Below are positions 37,013-44,412 of a stretch of DNA of 44,412 bases, in pieces. The notes beneath the pieces are model-generated. The model ran no database searches. It was not told the origin of the DNA and saw only the letters and a list, made by a program, of their open reading frames with translations. The position numbers were made by a program, and so were the translations under genes. Source of the stretch: Conidiobolus incongruus B7586 (taxonomy: Eukaryota); assembly GCA_000697335.1 (NCBI GenBank), contig JNEM01011078.1:1-44412 (forward strand), read 5' to 3'. Numbering within the stretch: position 1 is the first letter of the stretch; each line of letters begins with the position of its first letter.

Positions 37013-37958
37013 CTAAAGATTAAATTGTATGAGATAATCTCGAGTCTCTTCAAATGGTTGCTTAAACCCAAATCTTGGCTCCTATCCCAATATCTTCTTC
37101 GCAAGTCAAATATCTGGTCGCATTTGCTTAAGATTATTCTCATTATGGGGATGGGTTTTAAGTTCACCCTGTAATGATAGCCTCTTTCAACCATTTTTGC
37201 TGATTGTAAAATATTACATTCTTTGGGAGTGCCCAAGTTCACAGGATATTCATAGTCGATTTCCAAAAGTAGTATCGCACAATCGATCAAATCATGGATA
37301 AATTGAAATTATCTAGTCTGATCTCCCTTGTCATATATTGTAATGGACTGATTATTGAGAGCACTAATTAAGAAGTTCCTGATCACCCTTCCATCATTGG
37401 GATTCATTCTGGGATCAAATGTGTTGATAATTCTTGCAACACGAACGCTTACATTGGCTTGATCTTTACAAACATAAGCTAAAGTTTCCATGATCCGTTT
37501 ACCTTCATCGTAGCATGCTCGAAAGCCTATTGGTTTACATTTCCAAAATAACTTTCAGATTGTGGATGTATATGAGGATTACCATATACTTCGGAGGTTG
37601 AAGCAAGTAATATATGACATTTGTACTTCTCAGCTAATCCTAATTGGTTAATTGTGCCTAATACTAGTGTTTGTATTGTTTGGATAGAAAGTGATTGATA
37701 ATGAACTGGTGAAGAGGGTAATGCAAGGTAATATATATAGTCCAGTGTAGTGCAAAGATCATAAGGATATGTCACATCAATATCTTTCAGCTGAAAATTT
37801 GGATGGTCAATCCAGTTGCTAAGATTCCTCTCTTCACCAGTGGTAAAATTATCCAAGACAATCACTATGTCCTTCATACTCATTGGTTGATCAATTAAAA
37901 GACTTTCAACGAGCACTGCACCACCAGTGATTAGGAACGCTTTTGACCTATTGTGCAA
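37013..37958 (-). pseudogene. UXS1: UDP-glucuronate decarboxylase / UDP-xylose synthase pseudogene; an N-terminal relic may extend to about 38440
   Basis: LITGGA, VLDNFTTG, SPVHYQ, LLASTSEVYG, ACYDEGKR, RMNPNDGRVI, PVNLGTP and RPDI*LAKKILG*EP. Lesions: 1-nt deletion near 37530, in-frame TAA at 37309-37311, a second frameshift near 37150, two more stops and a broken GxxGxxG. Confidence 0.92.
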
Positions 37959-39197
37959 TCTATCTTAATGGATACTGGACATACATTTTCTGGTTAAAGA
38001 TTAAATAATTTTAAAGATAAACTGGCAAGAGATTCAATCGAACAATGGTCTATCTCATCAACTTGACCATCATAGCTAAATTGCTCTAGATCAATATCGA
38101 ATTAATTCGGTAGAAGGGAGTTTGAACTTGAACCACTTGATTTGCCCCATTTTTTAACCCATTGATCACAGTGAAAATATCTTGATTTTAAACAATCTAT
38201 AAGGATAAAGTCTCCAATAGTAAAATCTGATACATTAGATATTTGTACCCTCATAAGTTATTTACTGATGAGCTAAACATATTCATGTGGTTTATAAAAT
38301 GAATAATAATATTCAATACCAAAGGCTCACTAAGAAAATCCTGTATAAGAGATAAGAATAACTCCAGACCTGATTCTCGAGGAAATTTGTCTATTCTCAG
38401 TAGTTGGAGTTACATGTCTAGACACTATTTGATATTTTCCATTAATCAATTCGTTTTGATCCATTTTGATTGAATCAAAGTGTTTATAAAATATTTGCTC
38501 AAAGTATTAATTCATAATCAGATTCATTGAGTTAAATAACCTAAATATAATATAATCACATGTTATACAATTAATTCTTCATGAGCTCTTTTTTCTTCTT
38601 TGGGGTTTTAAATGTACTTGAATAGTTTAACAGTCGTAATTAAACTAATGATTTAATTGGTGAATTGATTATGTGATAAATAGATCAAGATGGTAATAAG
38701 TTATTTTACTTTTATTTGATGAGTTTTCAAGAATAATTTTCAAAACGAAACAGAAAAAATTTTATTTACATACTGAAACATTTAATATTTGATAATTTCT
38801 AAATTTCTAAATGTCAAATTTATTAACATAAATTTATTCGTTTATCAATATTTGTATAATATTGAGTAAATGAATCTCTATAAAAATTAATAATTCCTGA
38901 TATAAAACATTATAATTTTTATATTCAAATTATTGAATATAATATAGAGTGCTATGTAAGTTTCATTATATATTAAGGTGTATTCAGAAACCTAAAATAA
39001 ACTGAAATTGAAAAATGAGAAAATTAATTTATTTTGAATTATATTGATTCAAGAAAAGGAAAAAAATATCCCACAACTTTGGATTAATATAGATTTGTTT
39101 AAATTGATTTTTCATTAAATTAAAGTTTAATTTAATATTTTTGGTCAAATATATAATATTATTAAAATCAATATTTTTGATAAAAAATAACAAAAAA

Positions 39198-39982
39198 ATG
39201 ATTAAGAAGAATTTAGCTCAATTGGTTAGACCTATTGTAAGATTCTTATTATTTGGTGATTATAGAACTAAAACATCTAATCTCATATTTTAGAACAAAG
39301 TAATCACCCGTGGTTACTCCAATGCTATTGAATTGGTTCGTTTCATCTAAAATATTGTTTTCAAAAATTTTATTAATTTATTTTTTAGAACAAAAAATCT
39401 ACTGAATATTGGCTAAATAACCGCCCTAAAACTAGACATCATCGTCCTCTTAATGACAGAAAATTATACTTAAATAAGCTCTATTCCGAGCACTTAGATC
39501 ATCCTTTGGTTATGGTTTATCAACACACTCACATGAATGTTTCTGAATATTTAAATGTTAAGCAAATTGTTAACAAGCATGGATTTGAAATTCAAACAGT
39601 TCGTTCCACCATTATGAGAACTATTATCTCCCGTACCAAGTATGCTAATATGGCCAATCTCTTTCACGGACCCATCCTCCTCATTTACCACAAAGACCCC
39701 AACACCCAAGATTTGAACCAAATGGCTGCCAAATTATTAACAGCTATGAAAAAATTCAAAAAATTGTTCTTGTTGGGAGCTAAAACTGAAGATCAAATCT
39801 ACAATCCCGAAGGCTTCATCAAATTTACTGAATTACCCTCCAAAGAACAATTACAAGCTCAAATTCTTGGTACTTTACAAACTCCTGGGTCCAAGATTTT
39901 ATCTATCCTCCAACAAAACCCTCAAATGTTGGCCCAATTGCTATCTCAACACAAAGAACAATTGGATGAGAAGAAAGAATAA
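39198..39982 (+). CDS. Mitochondrial ribosomal protein uL10m (yeast MRPL11-like); exons 39198-39236, 39294-39335, 39389-39982
   Basis: A basic presequence-like N-terminus is spliced onto the ORF with VYQHTHM, LFHGPILL, FLLGAK and LPSKEQLQAQILGTL, typical of L10. Confidence 0.8.
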
Positions 39983-40854
39983 TTTGATTAATATTTTAAT
40001 AGATATAAATTATTAAAACTAAACTTTTATTTAATATATTCACTTTAGTAAAATTATTATTTTAACGGTTTATTTCAACTTTTGTTTAAAATGACGAATC
40101 TCTAATATAATATTTTCATACTCGCTATGATCCTAATATGATATCTTTAATTCATACTATTAATTCAAGATATTTATTTTAATCATATTCAACTAATTTA
40201 TTCAATAATTTTATATTATAGATCACATTCTTCAATTCAATGCATATTTTATTGAAATTTTAATATTTTAAAACATTCGATATGAATTATATGCAACGAA
40301 TTCCAATTTAATAATTCCTTCAGATATTACTGAACAAATCATTATCACTGAATACACGAACTATTCAGCAAAATTTTAGAACAAAACAATTTGTATTATA
40401 ATAACATTGCATTTTAGGATATCGAACATTTGCATTTATTTTATTAATGGCATTTCAATGATTGGAAATTAATTTATTTATTTTACCAACTATTTTATTA
40501 GTATGTTAGTTTATATATATTGTACTCTTAAATATATTATAATTAATAACAATCACTAATATAATTTTTATCAAGTTATAATGAAAGGATAGAAACATAT
40601 ATGCCAAAATTTAACATTTAAGTTTTTAGTATATGATAAATGCAATCTTTTATGATTTTATCACATGAGCCTCCATGAATGATGATTGGCTCATTTAGGA
40701 AAATTGATGAAATGGAGAAACGAATGAATAAAAATGAGATAATAATAATTTAACATGATTCAATTTAATAAATAGACAATTATCTTTTTCTTTCAATTTT
40801 TATTCAATATTGTATAAATATATTTAAGATCTTTTAATTTTTTAATTAACTAGA

Positions 40855-41757
<903 letters not shown>

Positions 41758-42854
41758 TAATTTGTAAGTGCATAGTATCTTTTAGTATATTACGATACCT
41801 CTTCCCGAATTAGTTCTAATTCTATATTTTCACACTATCATTTATATCTTAAAAGATACACTCTCCTTTAATTTTTTAAAATAATTCTTTTGACTCAAAT
41901 AAATTTTTATATAGTTCATACTTAAGGCAATTAATCTTATACTCATATACACATTTTCCTTTGACTGAATTGGAAGTTGAACTTAGTCCTTGTTATTTTA
42001 ATTTACATAACAATCAACCGGATAGTTTTTCATGCCATTATAAACTTTATTAAATAACATTTTTAATTTACAATATTTTGATTAAATTTACTTTATTGAG
42101 TTGGAGTTTTAATAAATTTTTCAAATATTAACAAATTACCATCTTTCAAATTATATTTATAATTTCACATTTATATACCATAATTATAAAAATTAATTAA
42201 TGTTTATAAAAATATTATAAAATTTGATCTACTCTGAATAACGACTATATCAAATTCCTCTATCCAAGCTTTATTCACTATATAACAATTAATAAGCATA
42301 ATTATTTTTATTTTTCTTTATATTTATACTTATTATTAACATAGTGTCATTGAAAATCATTCTAATATTTCGAATATCCTCAGAGGAAAATAAGCATCAT
42401 AGACTTTTCATTGAAATATTATTATCTTATTTTCTAAGCGTATTTTCATATTAGCAGGGATTTTCCAAAACCTTTAAGGAAATATGTTTCTGTATTTTTT
42501 GATATTTTGAATGAAAAATTAATTTTTAATTTGTGAATTATGTCTATAGTGGTTAAAAATAGATATTTTTTAAAGGAATATTAAAAATTCTATTTAATAA
42601 TATCAATAGTTATAATGAGTTAATGATTCAAATTTAGTAATATTTAAAATATATTGATAATAAATATAAAAATTTGTGTGAAATATCAATTGATTATCAT
42701 TGATTTATACAATGGCAAATATATATTTTAAAAATTAGAGAATAATAAATTTATTATTATTGCTGTGATGTCTAATATGGAAGGGATGTATACTTTGTGT
42801 TAAAACATTGAAAATTAAATAATAGTTTGAAATTTTTTGAATTTATCTATATGA

Positions 42855-42910
42855 TGCAATAGCGGGGAATCGAACTCCAGGCGGTAATTATATCACTAAA
42901 CCACCATTGC
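42855..42910 (-). pseudogene. tRNA-Gly-like pseudogene lacking the anticodon arm
   Basis: The minus strand reads GCAATGGTGGTTTAGTGATATAATTACCGCCTGGAGTTCGATTCCCCGCTATTGCA. Acceptor stem GCAATGG/CTATTGC pairs, A-box-like and GTTCGATTC B-box sequences are present, and the length is only 56 nt. Confidence 0.75.
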
Positions 42911-44412
42911 TCAGGTTTGAACAATAGTTTAAAAAGATATTAATAACCATGATCGATATCAATAAATTATTAATTCAAATTGATTATATTTTATGTATGA
43001 AATTCCTGCCAATTTACTAATTTCAACTATCATTTATACATATGATATTATTATAATTTGGTAAAGATTTTTATATATTTGATTTATATAGTTAAATATA
43101 TAATTTATAGTAATATTATTTATATAAAATAGATTATTTAGTTGTACATTTTGTCTTATTATTTGAATATATTTATTTATTAATATAATAATTGAATTAA
43201 ATACATTACTTTTTTAAAATATTAAATATTATATATTTATTTATTTATAAATCATAATTTATTTTTTATTAATAATATTATTTAATATAATATAGCTGAT
43301 AATATATCTAATCATATCTCCATATTATTTTAAGCTGTTATATTATAAGTAAATATAAAATAGATATAATTAACAATTAAACAAAACTTAAGTAAAATTA
43401 TATAATATTTTAAGTTAGAACTTTAATTATACCAAAACCTACCAATATAATAAATTATTAAATCATATATATAATAAATTTGAATAATAAAAAATCTCAC
43501 TATTTATTAAATTTATAAATAAACTTAATTAATAATTAATTTATTAAATGATAGATTATCAATTAAAAGAAAAAAAATATAGTAAATTTGTTATTTATTG
43601 ATTTTGAAATGTGTTGCTAATTTTGAAATTGGATTATATATAAAGCAAAGAGGAGAATTAATAATTTCCCGTTATAAATATATATATCCATTAATAATTA
43701 TTATATTAAAATATTTTTATTTGAAAAGTTGTTCTTGGATTTAATTATATGTAAATTAAATATTAATTATAAAGTCTTTAAAACTCAACCACGAACCTTT
43801 TGAAATTATTTAAAATTTATAATCAACTTAATAAAATAAGATTTTATACGAAATTGCTATTTATTATCAGATTTATTAATTTAGAACCAAAAGGGACATT
43901 ATTCAAAATTAATTAAAATTTAAAAGATAAATTATTACTATTATTCTTTCTCTGATTAATAAAGTAAAATATATTGAAATACATGTTTTTATTCTAATTA
44001 GGGAGTTACCAAAGAGATTTAATTCTGATTATGTTATTATAATATATATTACAGTTTAAGTATTATTTGATTAATAAAAATATATATAAATATTATATAA
44101 CTTGAATAAAAACTTAATAGAACCAAAAAATAATAATAGCTAAGAGGAATTTATTATTATAATATCAAAAATAAATATTTTATATAAAATTACTATAATC
44201 AATCAATTTTAAAATTTTTTATAATATTCTTTAATTAGAATAAAATAAAATATTAAATTAAAAGAAACAATCCTTTTTAAAAATCCCAAAATAAGCATTT
44301 CATTTATAAATAAATATTGAATATTATAAGTGATTATATTGATTTATATTTTTTAATTTGTTTTCTATAATTAAATTAGGTAAAAGAAAGTAATTAATTC
44401 TATTAATTATAA

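Noticed and set aside
37013..37530. Stop-codon readthrough, selenocysteine or an alternative genetic code in UXS1/RpiB
   Set aside because: All three stop types occur together with frameshifts and motif loss, and intact genes use the standard code.

Overview
AT-rich eukaryotic genomic DNA with short (about 45-70 nt) GT-AG introns. Gene content and composition point to an early-diverging fungus; a Conidiobolus/Entomophthorales-like origin is an inference only. I can support 14 intact protein-coding genes, many of them spliced and missed or fragmented by the ORF track: a YML020W-like protein, an OCA/SIW14-family phosphatase-like protein, TRM7, kynurenine 3-monooxygenase, a C1-domain + Pex24p/DysF protein, SPC3, an AlkB dioxygenase, UMP1, an NADP-dependent ADH, CDC7, a TMEM135-like protein, a non-RD kinase, mitochondrial uL10 and Rab7/YPT7. 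There is one intact tRNA-Pro(AGG). The intergenic DNA holds several decayed genes: a spliced RpiB pseudogene, a UXS1 pseudogene, two tRNA pseudogenes (one missing its anticodon arm) and a duplicated fragment flanking the ADH gene. The most notable observations are a Pex30-like protein fused to a C1 domain with the diacylglycerol-binding consensus, an 18-nt in-frame microexon carrying the AlkB iron-ligand His, a CX5R-to-CX5E pseudophosphatase, and a recurrent TGACGT (CRE/M26) promoter element. No intact mobile element or CRISPR array was seen.
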